From Podarcis vaucheri (taxonomy: Eukaryota), in NCBI GenBank assembly GCA_965113315.1, contig OZ220365.1: DNA of 64,000 bases. The stretch is one strand, 5' to 3'. The notes beneath the pieces are model-generated. The model ran no database searches and was not told the DNA's origin. It saw nothing but the letters and a program-made list of their open reading frames with translations. The position numbers and the translations under genes are program-made. Of the stretch, positions 48,700-59,475 are shown one piece after another (the stretch's first letter is position 1; every line of letters starts with the position of its first letter).

Positions 48700-51600
48700 G
48701 GATCTTGTTCCCTCATAGCCATAGCCTTGGATTCAAACAGACGTGAAGCATCTCTTCCCACCCCAACCCCTGACTCTCTTTCTCGCTGCTTTTCCACTTC
48801 TAGTTTCTAGCTCACATCAGTCCACTCTCCTCTCCACACTGGTCTTTGTCTTTCTAACTACGAGTGGATGGAGGGAAGGGGCCCACTACTTTTCAGTCTG
48901 GCACAGATCCACTTCCTTTGTTCCCTTAATGGCTTATTACCGGTACCTATAATCTTACTACACCTGGCATCTACTTTGCTGCTGCATGCAGAGGAAGAAG
49001 GTAGGAGAAAGGGAATATAAAGGAATATAGTGGAGTGGCTGAAGTTTTCTCTCAGTAATGTAGCAATGCAGTCAGTACTGAGTTTCGGTCTTTCATGCAG
49101 TGCTGAAATGCCACACTTAAGAAGCAGAGTCGTAGAATCACCCTTATTATGCTCAAGAATCTAGACCTGAAAGCAAATGTGGGGCAGTGGGTAAGATGCC
49201 ATAATTACAAATGGAAAACGAGGGTTCACATCACACCTGGGCTATGAAGCTTGCTAGCACATTTGTGGTAATTTAACGGTATTGCTGTGACTTGGGTCAG
49301 CCCGCATCTCCTAGCCTAATCTCCCTCAGAGGGTTGTTGTGAGGATAAAGTGGATGAGAAGGGGGGAAACTCTGTACCACGATCCTGAGCTTGTTTAACT
49401 AACCCTGTTGTGACATAAAGCAGTGGGAGCCAAACCTGTTACTGTGTGTGTGTGTGTGTGGAAGAAATCCCTATATTAGTTGTAAACTGCTTCAATGGGC
49501 TCTGTCCGTTAAGCAGCTTATAAAATGATTACATGAATACAACGAATACTCCCCCATCGTATGTTTATTTTTATTTTATTTATTAAATTTCTATCCCACC
49601 GTTCCTCCCAAAGGGTCCTGGGGTAGCAAATATCAAAATGTTAAAACTTGAAATGAAATACAAACATTATTTAAAAGATTTTAAATCCGTTGTAAAACAT
49701 TTGAAACATTTAAGAACGTTCAGAATGTCTGAAAACATTCAAAAGCAATTCGGATCTCTGTTTGGATACTGTGTGTAATGATTAAAGCAGAGGACTGCAG
49801 TTCAATGCCCACAGGTAGGCCTCTGCTTGATTCAGCTTGTAACGCTTAGGCTGCAAAGCCACAACTCTCCATGTCTTCCTCCCTCTGCACTTTGAGACAG
49901 AAGTTCAACTTGAACAGAGCCTGTTGGTATTATGAATTTGATTATTACTGATATGGAATGTGCATGGGTCTCGAGAGGACAGGAGCGATTCCTCCTGTAA
50001 TATGTCACCTGTACGTATTAATCTGTCTGCAAAGAATGACAGCTTGCTGCTGTTTGTGCTCTGCCGCTTGTCATTAGCTTAGGTGCTCACAATTGTGGTA
50101 CCATCCATGACTCAACAATTTCCATGTTAAGATTATTCCCAGGACGGAGCTGGTGTTTATGTAATAGTTGGCTCAACTCTGCCTTGTCAGATGCTTCAGT
50201 TTGTCTCCCTCAAACTGGAACAATGGTGTTGCACAAAACATGGTGAACAAATATCTACATATATGTTAATAGTTATTTGTAAATGACCCCACTTCCAAGA
50301 ACTTCAGGGCATTGATGTGTGTCCCTGCATGTGTGTTTATGTGAGAGAGACCATTTTATCCTTGGGTATAGGTTAGGGTCAGAGAGAGAGAGAAATGAAC
50401 TGCTCTAGGTGATGCAATGAAGGTATGTATCTCAGCAGGTCTGATCTGAACGCAAGACGTCCAGCTTCCAGTGGAACCCTCAGTCCACAAAGCCATCATG
50501 GCTTTCAAGTTTGAGCAAGGCTATGCCTTCTGCTGTTATTCTTGGAGAGCTGCAGAGACTGTGTTAATTTTCTTTTGCAGATATGGACGTTGTCGTCTGC
50601 TCTATGTGCATTTGTGTGTTAGGAGTTGGCAGGCATTTAGGCTTTCTTCAAAGAGATGACAGTGATGCAGACATGATTAAAAGGCAAACGACTCCTGTGT
50701 TCTAGAGAAATGAATTTAGGTTGGGTTTGGGTTTCTGTTTTTTTGCAGCCCAGTGTGAGTTCCTCTGAATAACATAAATAGTATTTGAACAGAATCTTCT
50801 TTGTCAAAGAAGGCTTTGTTTTATTAATGTTCTATTTCCAAACAACCTGACCGCTTCTGAAGGGGGGGAGAGACTGTTTAATTTACATCAGAGCCTTGGC
50901 ACCTGTAACAGTCTCTTAAAAAGGTTAACCTAAGCTGAGCTGGATCAGCATATTGTGATTTAATTGTGCTAATAGGTTGCTAGAAAGGCAGCTATCCCTC
51001 GTCTTTCTTCCTGTTATTATTGCTTGAAAGACTGTTTTGTTTATTTCAGATCTCGCAAGCTTAAACTTGAACGCTTCCTTGTTCCTTGAAATAAATGCAT
51101 CTCCTCATGGTTTTAAAGAGGACAGAAAGCAAACAAATCAGGTCTGTTATCTCTGCATGAGAAAAACAACCCCACGGAACATGCAGTTGTTCTGGGAATT
51201 CAGATACCCTGAATGTTATGTTAGTTAAGACAGATTATAGAAGTACTCAGTTCCCATCAGGGAAGTAAAAGAAAAGGATAAACATTTTCAGTTCTTTCCA
51301 GGAAAAGCCATAATAGAAGTCTTGGTATTTAGAAGCCCCTGGCCATTAATTGTTTGCTACTTGTTCAGGAATGTACAGGAATGTGCCCTCAGGTACAATC
51401 CTTCCTTTGCAAGGATTTTGCTGCATGGGATTGTGCTGGGACCATCAAGAGACAAGCTTTTCCACTTGCCCTGCCCCCCCCCAAACTGGGAACCTTATAA
51501 GGAAGAGCAGAGAAGGATGCTTTTAGTTTTAACCCCTCTAAATTGTCCATTTCCCCCCCTACCACTGCCACCTGCCATACATAGAGTGAATTGGGAATGA

Positions 51601-51910
51601 TATTTCCAGTGCTCGGCCAACTCCATCCTGGCTGCTGTTATTAGGTGGGTGATTAGGTCTTTGTTTTAAACAGAAGGAAAATGTTTGGTAAAAAGGGTAG
51701 CTACATTGTCAAAATTCACTGAACCGTCAAATATATATTTGTATGAAAAGCTAATTTTTAAAATTCTATTAGACTGTTGGGATTTAATTATTATTTTTTA
51801 AACCAGGGACTATTCCGTGATATGTACCAGTTGCTAAACAAATGTGTGTTACACTGACAATAATATCGTCATTTGAAGAACTGCTTTATTTTAAGATTGT
51901 AATAAAATTT

Positions 51911-51974
51911 CATAGGCATAGAATTATAGTGTTGGAATGTACCTCAGGGCTCATCTAGTCCAACCCCCTGCAAT
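51911..51974 (-). mobile_element. CR1/Squam2-type 3' tail remnant
   Basis: CATAGAATTATAGTGTTGGAA..CATCTAGTCCAACCCCCTGCAAT. Confidence 0.65.
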
Positions 51975-52641
51975 TCAAGGATGCTTTATTTATGTAGACC
52001 ATTAAGTCTTCTAGAATTTGCTTCTAAATTCGTTGAAGTTAAAACAAAATTCCTCATCCATGTCAAGCCAGTTACATTTCTAGACCAATAAATTTTTACC
52101 CTGACTATTTAGCATTCTTGCTTGTTAACTTTTGACATTTGTCCTTTGTTCACAGTAAACAAGCTTGATACCTTAACTCCCTTTGCGGCCGCCCACTTTT
52201 GAACTGTGTAATGTTTCAAAATAAATGATATATTTGGATTATTTTGCAAGTGGAGTAGCTGAAGGAGTGCACATTAACTATAGCCATGTGCACTCTCCGT
52301 ATCTTTATATACATAGTTTCACAGTAATGGAATGCAAGAAAATTCTCTTATCCTGATATGATTAGATTCAAGTTATGATGACAGTGCCACTGGAAAGTCC
52401 CATCACTGTAGGCTGCCTGGCAAATCATGACAGTCAAGTTGAACAACACAATGGGCATAGGGGGGTTGCAGAGGGAATTGAGGAGGGAAATGATATGTCC
52501 TTCAGTGGAACTCACAGAGACCTGTCTTTCTGGGTTGACTCTGATAATAGGGGGTTGTAAGTCAGGATCAATTACAGCTGTCAAAAGTCTAGGGGCCACT
52601 GGAGTATATATGTTGGCCCTGCAGCAATGTTCATGCATATA

Positions 52642-53012
52642 AAGGTAAAGGTAAAGGACTCCTGACAGTTAAGTCCAGTCACAGGCGACTCTGGGGTTGT
52701 GGCGCTCATCTCGCTTTACAGGCCTAGGGAGCCGGCGTTTGTCTGTAGACAGTTTTCCCGGGTCATGTGGCCAGCATGACTAAGCTGCTTCTGGCGAAAC
52801 CAGAGCAGCGCACGGAAATGCCGTTTACTTTCCCGCCGGAGCTGTACTTATTTATCTACTTGCACTTTTTGGCGTGCTTTCGAACTGCTAGGCTGGCAGG
52901 AGCTGGGACTGAGCAACTGAAGCTCACCCCGTCGTGGGGATTCGAACTGCTGACCTTCTGATCAGTAAGCCCAAGAGGCGTGTGGTTTAGACCACAGTGC
53001 CACCTGTGTCCC
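52642..53012 (-). mobile_element. Full-length Sauria SINE
   Basis: (AAAGGT)n tail at left, head at right; TSD TTC(A/C)TGCATATA. Confidence 0.9.
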
Positions 53013-53946
53013 ATTCCTGCATATACTGCTGCCCCTTTTCTTCTACTTCCGAAGGAGATTCTGAACATGTTCAGCTAAATTTGCTTCAAATAATCTGTGC
53101 CCTTGAGAACCCCATGCAATCTGGGTTCATGATTGCAGAGAGGATTCTGAGTGCGTTCAGCATGCTGCGCTTACTGCTGCTGCTGCTGAATTGCAGTGAC
53201 AAGATCTAGGATGAAGAACTTTCTGTCTCTTTTCTTACCTTCACAAAAGGATCATCTTTTCTTTTCTTTTTGCTGGTTGTCTGTGATTCGTATTTCTACG
53301 CATTTTTTACATAAGCCATAATTATAACAAGTATTAGGAATCTTTATTGGCATAAGCTCTGTCTATTCTACTGATTTTGATAATGAATGCTAATAAATAG
53401 AGTGCCAGCTTTTCCTGTGTGGCCTCCCTACAATTGCTTAGCAATGCATATCCAATTTTTGGCACGGTGTATTAAACCTCACTACTCGTGAAGAGTAACA
53501 GGCACAAACACATTTGGGAAATGTGATGAAGTGGCAGTTGTGTCTCCCCCCCCCCCATGGGGATAGTGCTTCTTTAATCTGTCTCTAGGCCCAACACAAC
53601 TACAGTGTGGTTTCTTTCAAGGAGGAATCTTTACTGACTGATCATTTACTTATATGGTTATTTTTCAGATCTGCAGAATGTCTCTCTCTCTCTTCCACCC
53701 CACCCCGCTTTTAAAGTGATGGGAATTTAGCAGTGAAATTTTATAAGATGTTGCAGAGTTTGTTGGGTGAAATGCACGTTTTCCACGTTTTCATGTTTAC
53801 AGCTCATCAGCAAGAAATGTTTGTTTTCTCTAACTGAAAACATTGTTATAGCATTTCATAGATGCTGTGATCTTTTGTTTTTAATTGGTCTTTGCAGCTT
53901 CTCATATAATTGCCCTTTTAAAGGATCATTTTCGGTGACCCTAAGG

Positions 53947-54063
53947 CAGTGATGACCAAACTTGGCCCTCCAGCTATTTTTGGATTACAACTCCCATCAT
54001 CCCTAGCTAACAGGACCAGTGGTCAGGGATGATGGGAATTGTAGTCCCAAAACAGCTGGAGGG
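53947..54063. mobile_element. Palindromic hAT-type MITE lacking its right TIR
   Basis: Left TIR CAGTGATGACCAAACT; internal palindrome; CCCTAAGG at both flanks. Confidence 0.75.
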
Positions 54064-56096
54064 CCCTAAGGGGATGTAGCTCAGTCAACTCCATTCTCTA
54101 TCTGCAACAACTGCGTCCACCTGTGGGAAGGCAGACATAATGCTTCTAAAATTGAGGAATCAGACAACTTACGGAGGGCAATGAATATGTCTATGTGGAG
54201 CTAGCCTGCTTGTCTCTGTGCCCCTGCATGTGTTTGCCGAACATGAGCGGCAAAACCTCCTGTTCTCCAATTTTTCAAAACTTATATGCCATGGGTACCA
54301 GTAAAAAATGCGTCGAATGGTTCAATTTTAGGAACAGGCAAGGCTCCCAGACTGACTCTGATCCTTGTTCGCGATCAGAGGTCTGCAGTATTTCCACCCC
54401 CACTTTATGACAGCATTGAAGGGTTTATGTAGCTGTGTCACCCACCTTCCTGTTCTTCTCTTAATTTATTTTAAATACAAAGTAGAAGTTGGACAGATAA
54501 CTAAAGCTTACTTTATATTGTTTAATATTTGAAATGAACAAAGGGCTTTAAATAACTCCTGGCAGTTTGATTTTGTGATAAATAAAAATGTAGATTCTGT
54601 AAGGAACCGGTCTGCCGAGAGACATCAAGGAAACTGCAAAGCTAGTGCTTGGAGTGACTGACTCATATATCAACGGTGACTTTGTGGGTGTAATGAGAAT
54701 GTCAGCCATTTGACTTTGTTATGGCTGAACAGTGCTTCTGGGTGAAATTTTGCAAGCACACAAACAAGTGGAAATATGTTTCCCCAGTCTTTATATCTTG
54801 TGATACATAAAAGAGGGATTTTTTAAAAAAAGGTAGCTTCTATCCTGTAAATGAGATTTGCTTTAGAAATATACATGCAGTTATATAGACAGACTACTTT
54901 ACCTCTTTGATATCTAAGAATATTCCATTATATGGGACAAATTGCTTAATAACCCCTTCATTGTTTTTATCCTAAAGGTTAAATTTTAAACATTCATAGA
55001 TGGAACATGGTATTCAAAAGCTGCAGCACACGTTGTACATGTGGCTTGCAATGAATGAATTGGGCATTGAGCCATCACCTGGTGGCAAAGCACATGATGT
55101 GGATACAAAATGGACCAGGTTTGATCCCTGGCACCTGAACTGTGGATGGCTCCTGTCTGAAGCCAGAGAGAGTTGCTGGAAGACAGTGTAGATAAAACAG
55201 AGCTTGACGAACCAGTGATCTGACTTGTTATGTGGCACCTTTCTATGAACATAGATAATATTCCTTCCTATGAACAGAGCCTTTTTTTTGTAAATGTGGA
55301 AAATGGAAGTTGCAGCATTGTAACATTTACTGGAAGATGAGTACTGTACCTAACTCACAGCCCCCAGTTTAATATGCAAAACACAGCTTTGTAGCCCATA
55401 TTATTCAGAGTATAAGAAGGAATGGGTTTTATTTTTCTTTCAGTTTTACAAGAATTTCTAATGTGTTAGGATACATGTTTTGGCTGCTGTCCTTTTGTGG
55501 TCCCCACTTATTCCTAAAACAGAGTACTTCCCAGTGAGAAAATTTCTGAGAAAGTGTGCAGAGGTTAAAAAAGAGCTCTAAAATTATAAAACGAGACAGG
55601 GTGATATTTCTCCATAAAAGACTGAAACATATAAACATGATTACGACTTCGTTTTTCAAATTGACTAATGTTTCCTTTTCCATTGGCCATTACAAAGCGC
55701 TAGTAATTTCTGGCTGTAATGCAGAGACAACAACAGTGTGCCTATACAAAAGAAAAAGAAAAAAAAGGCAGCAGTGTTTGAAATTCATTGTACACAAGGA
55801 ACTGTCCGCTAGTAATACCTCATATATACACACTACAATGAAACCTTTGTACAAAATTCATTTTAGTGGAACATGTGGGAGAGAAGGACTGGTAGTACTG
55901 TATCTGTTTACCTTCATTCTCTTTATTATGTAGCACTTGCTTTCTGTATTTTTCTCTCTCTCTTGCCATTTCAGTAAGAGGCAGATGTGTAGTATTATGC
56001 TTTGATTTCTCGGTTGCTAGTGTAACATAACAATAAATCAATTGAAACAACTGGGAGGCTTGCATGTAACCTAAGTGGTATGGGTACTTAACAATA

Positions 56097-56551
56097 CCGT
56101 ATTTTTCGCCCTATAGGACGCACCGGCCCATAGGACGCACCGGCCCATAGGACGCACCTAGATTTTTTTTGGGGGGGGGGAATAAAGGGAAAAAAATTAC
56201 CCCCCCAGGCGCGGGGCTGGGGAAGCTCGGGCGTTGGCAGCTTTGGCATTGCTCTGGGAGCTTGCGGGGGCTGGAGGAGGAGAAAGCGGAGCTTCCCCCT
56301 CCCCCAGCCCCCAAAACGGGACCCAGAGCCATGTGGAAGCTGTGTGCAGCTTTGGCATCGCTCTGGGAGCTTGCGGGGCTGGAGGAGGGGAAAGCCCTCC
56401 GCCAGCCTTCTCCCGCTGTCCCCCGAGTTTGCGGAACAGGCTTCTCCCCCCCGCCAGCCTTCTAGCCAAATCGGGGGACAGTGGGAAAGGCACGCTGCGC
56501 CTCTCCCGCTGTCCCCCGAGTTTGCGGGGCTGGCGATGGGGTGGAGCAGGC
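56097..56551. mobile_element. GC-rich Tc2/mariner-type non-autonomous element, right end lost
   Basis: TA-CCGTATTTTTCGCCCTATAGGACGCAC; three ATAGGACGCACC subterminal repeats; homologous to 63613-64000. Confidence 0.82.
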
Positions 56552-57042
56552 AATGCCCACAATATGTGGTTGGACAATACGATGCCCACAATATGTGGTT
56601 GGACAGCCTGCATCATCCCTGAAAATAGGCCATGCTAGCTGGGCGTTGGAATCAGAAATATCTGTAGGATTCTAGGTTGTCGAAGGCTGGTCCAAATGTT
56701 CAATCATGAATTACTGTGTGTAATATAGATAGATATCAGTATTTCCTGATCTACCTTCTGCCTACCACTAACTCTGATGCAAGGCTAGGAGAGTGATAAA
56801 TCTGTTCCCATGTAAAAGTAATATACCATCTCTTCTTGGAAGTTATGACTTATTATAACGTTTTCTGCCTAGACTCTGAAATGAACTCTTGGTTACTGTG
56901 GAATGAATGCTTATATTCCATATGCTCTCTTTTCACGTGTGCATCTTTTATTCACTTGGCTCAGTCTGTGTGAACCTTGAGACAGACCGGGACATGTTGT
57001 GGACAACACTTTCCATCAGCTCCAGTAGGCATGGCTGATGAC

Positions 57043-57119
57043 TCATTGAATCATAGAATTGTAGAGTTAGAAGGAACTAGAGGGTCATGTAGTCCAATCC
57101 CCTGTAACGCAGGAATCTC
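57043..57119 (-). mobile_element. CR1/Squam2-type 3' tail remnant
   Basis: AATCATAGAATTGTAGAGTTAGAAGG..GGTCATGTAGTCCAATCCCCTG. Confidence 0.65.
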
Positions 57120-57569
57120 AACTAGATAATGGTGAGAGAGGATGGGCGATTCCTTCCCACGTACAATATGACCTTCTAGTTAAAAGCCATCCACTGCCCT
57201 CTTTTCCAACACAATGTACTGTTTTATGGGTGTTGATATAGCACATTGTGATAGTAGAGATTATGGAGGCTGGCAGCAGCTATGGCATCCAGCTGTGCTG
57301 CTTTGGCTGAAGCAGCACAGGGGAGTGTTCTACCTGCTTTATGTTCACCTTTTCTGCAGAAGGAAGAGAATGTTAACATATAGGGTGAAAGAAGAGACAG
57401 CAAAAGCAATCAGAGTAAGAAAAACAGCTGGAGAGAAGTTGGGAGACAACCCCACTCTCATTCATTCCTTTTCTATAAAATGCCACTCATTTTTATGTTT
57501 ACTGTAGTTGTTCTTATATTCCATAAACCTTATCTTTCAAATAAAGAACCATAAATGGCCTAAGCTCTG

Positions 57570-57880
57570 TATACCTGGAGTATTTCCACCCCCGTTGCTC
57601 AGCCCAGACATTGAGTTGCAGTTCCGAGGGCTTTCTGGTGGTTCCCTCACTGTGAGAAGTGAAGTTACAGGGGGCCAGGCAGAGGGCCTTCTTGGTAGTG
57701 GCACCCGCCATGTGGAACGACCGGCCATCAGATATCAGAGGCGTAAACAGTTATACGATTTTCTGAAGACATCTGAAGGCAGCCCTGTATCGGGAAGTTT
57801 TTAATGGTCTGATGTTTTGTTATGTTTCTTAGATTCTGTTGGAAGCTGCCCAGATCGTGGAGTATAAGAAATAAATGGTT
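57570..57880 (+). mobile_element. L2 LINE 3' fragment
   Basis: Encodes RAFLVVAPAMWNDRP-like and FxRHLKAALYREVF motifs, followed by a T-rich UTR. Confidence 0.75.
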
Positions 57881-59053
57881 GTTGTTATAATTATTAGTGA
57901 GCATTCAAGATTAAAATAAAGCAAAAGCAAAAACAAATTTAGAAAACCTCCAGTATAATCTCTATTGTAACTTGGTTTGAAACAACATCCCACAGCCCCC
58001 CAAATAGTGATATGTTTTTTATCAGCCCATATTTTATCGTCTTTCCCCATAAAATCTCAGTAAAGACTTGATAGCACTGAATAGTTATTGCATGAAAAAC
58101 CCACCCACTTACTGTATTCATGAATAAATTAGGAAATTAAATTTCAAACTGGTTTTTGGCAAATACAAGGAATGGCAAAGTTGTCTTGTTCTGAAATGTT
58201 GGAAGCTACTGTCCTGTGAGATGCAGTAAGTCTAAGGGGAGATAACATACATTTGGGCTTGATATGGAGGTCATGTAAAGAAGAATCTTATAATTTAATT
58301 AAAAACTGTAATTAATCCTTGGGAGATACGATAGCTCACTATGGTTTGACATAATGGGCCTACGGAGTTTAAAAGCCAAAATATAAATGAAAACTCAATA
58401 TTTAAAAGATGGCAGGGGAGAGAACCTTTTTTGTCATGGTATCTGATGGAAATAGTATTCAGAAATATAACCGCCTTTGTTCTTTTGAGAACAAAAACTA
58501 AGCATTAAAAACTTCTTTAATGCTAGAAGATTAATTACAGAAAATGAATTGGGCCACTATTTTTGGCTTTGCTTTCAAAACTCTTTGGAAAAGAGCAAAA
58601 CAAACAATTCTATGCTTAGCAAATTAGTTAATATCCTTGAAAAAGTCAATAATTTAATTGTGCTTTTATAAGGGCCTATTTTCTATTTAGCCTGGAAAAA
58701 TAGGCTCAAATCCAAAGTGGTGGTCAGGCTTATTCTAAAGAGCTTTCACAAATCAGCAGAGGTTGTGTTTTTATTTTTATTATTAAATTCATTGATCAGC
58801 TGTTCTGCAAGCCTCATCCGTACTACTTTTGAAGCTCCTTTCTGTTTCCCAAGTAGTTTGCCATGTAGCTCTCTGTTGGATTTAGATGATTCCTTTCTGT
58901 ATTCTGTATGATTGATGTCATCACACAGCATTTCTCTGAATGATTGGCAGACTGGTCCAAGAGCTCTCTCCCTCCTCACTTTTTTCTGTCTGGGCCGCCA
59001 GTTTGGTAAAAGTGAATATGAGTAAAGAAGTGAAGTGTTCAGTTGATCAAATG

Positions 59054-59475
59054 CAGTGGTGCCTCGCAAGACGAAAAGAATCCGTTCCGCGGGTCTCTTT
59101 GTCTTGCGGTTTTTTCGTCTTGCGAAGCAAGCCCATTAGCGGATTAGCGCTATTAGCGGCTTAGCGGGCTTAGCGGATCAGCTGATAAGTGGCTTAGCGG
59201 ATCAGCTGTTAAGCGGCTTAGCGGATCAGCTGATAAGTGGCTTAGCAGATCAGCTGTTAAGTGGCTTAGCGGCTTAGGATCAGCTGATAAGCGGCTTAGC
59301 GGCTTGGGAAAAAGGGGGGGAAAGGAAAAAAACCCCGCAGGAACTCGCAAGACATTTTCGTCTTGCGAAGCATGCCCATAGGAAATTCGTTTTGCGAAGC
59401 ACCTCCAAAACGGAAAACGCTTTCGTCTAGCGGGTTTTCCGTCTTGCGAGGCATTCGTCTTGCGGGGCACCACTG
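59054..59475. mobile_element. Tc1/mariner (Tigger-like) MITE with internal 24-bp tandem array
   Basis: TIRs CAGTGGTGCCTCGCAAGACGAA / TTCGTCTTGCGGGGCACCACTG, same end family as 35528; flanked by TG on both sides. Confidence 0.9.
59167..59305. repeat. Minisatellite, about 5 copies of GGCTTAGCGGATCAGCTG(A/T)TAAG(T/C)
   Basis: Units start at 59167, 59191, 59215, 59239 and (shortened) 59271. Confidence 0.92.

Noticed and set aside
56088-56675. Multiple long GC-rich ORFs (also 63502-63981)
   Set aside because: Stop-poor by-products of GC-rich internally repetitive MITEs.
59140-59305. CRISPR-like palindromic repeat array
   Set aside because: Units are directly adjacent with no unique spacers, there are no cas genes, and the array is inside a vertebrate MITE.
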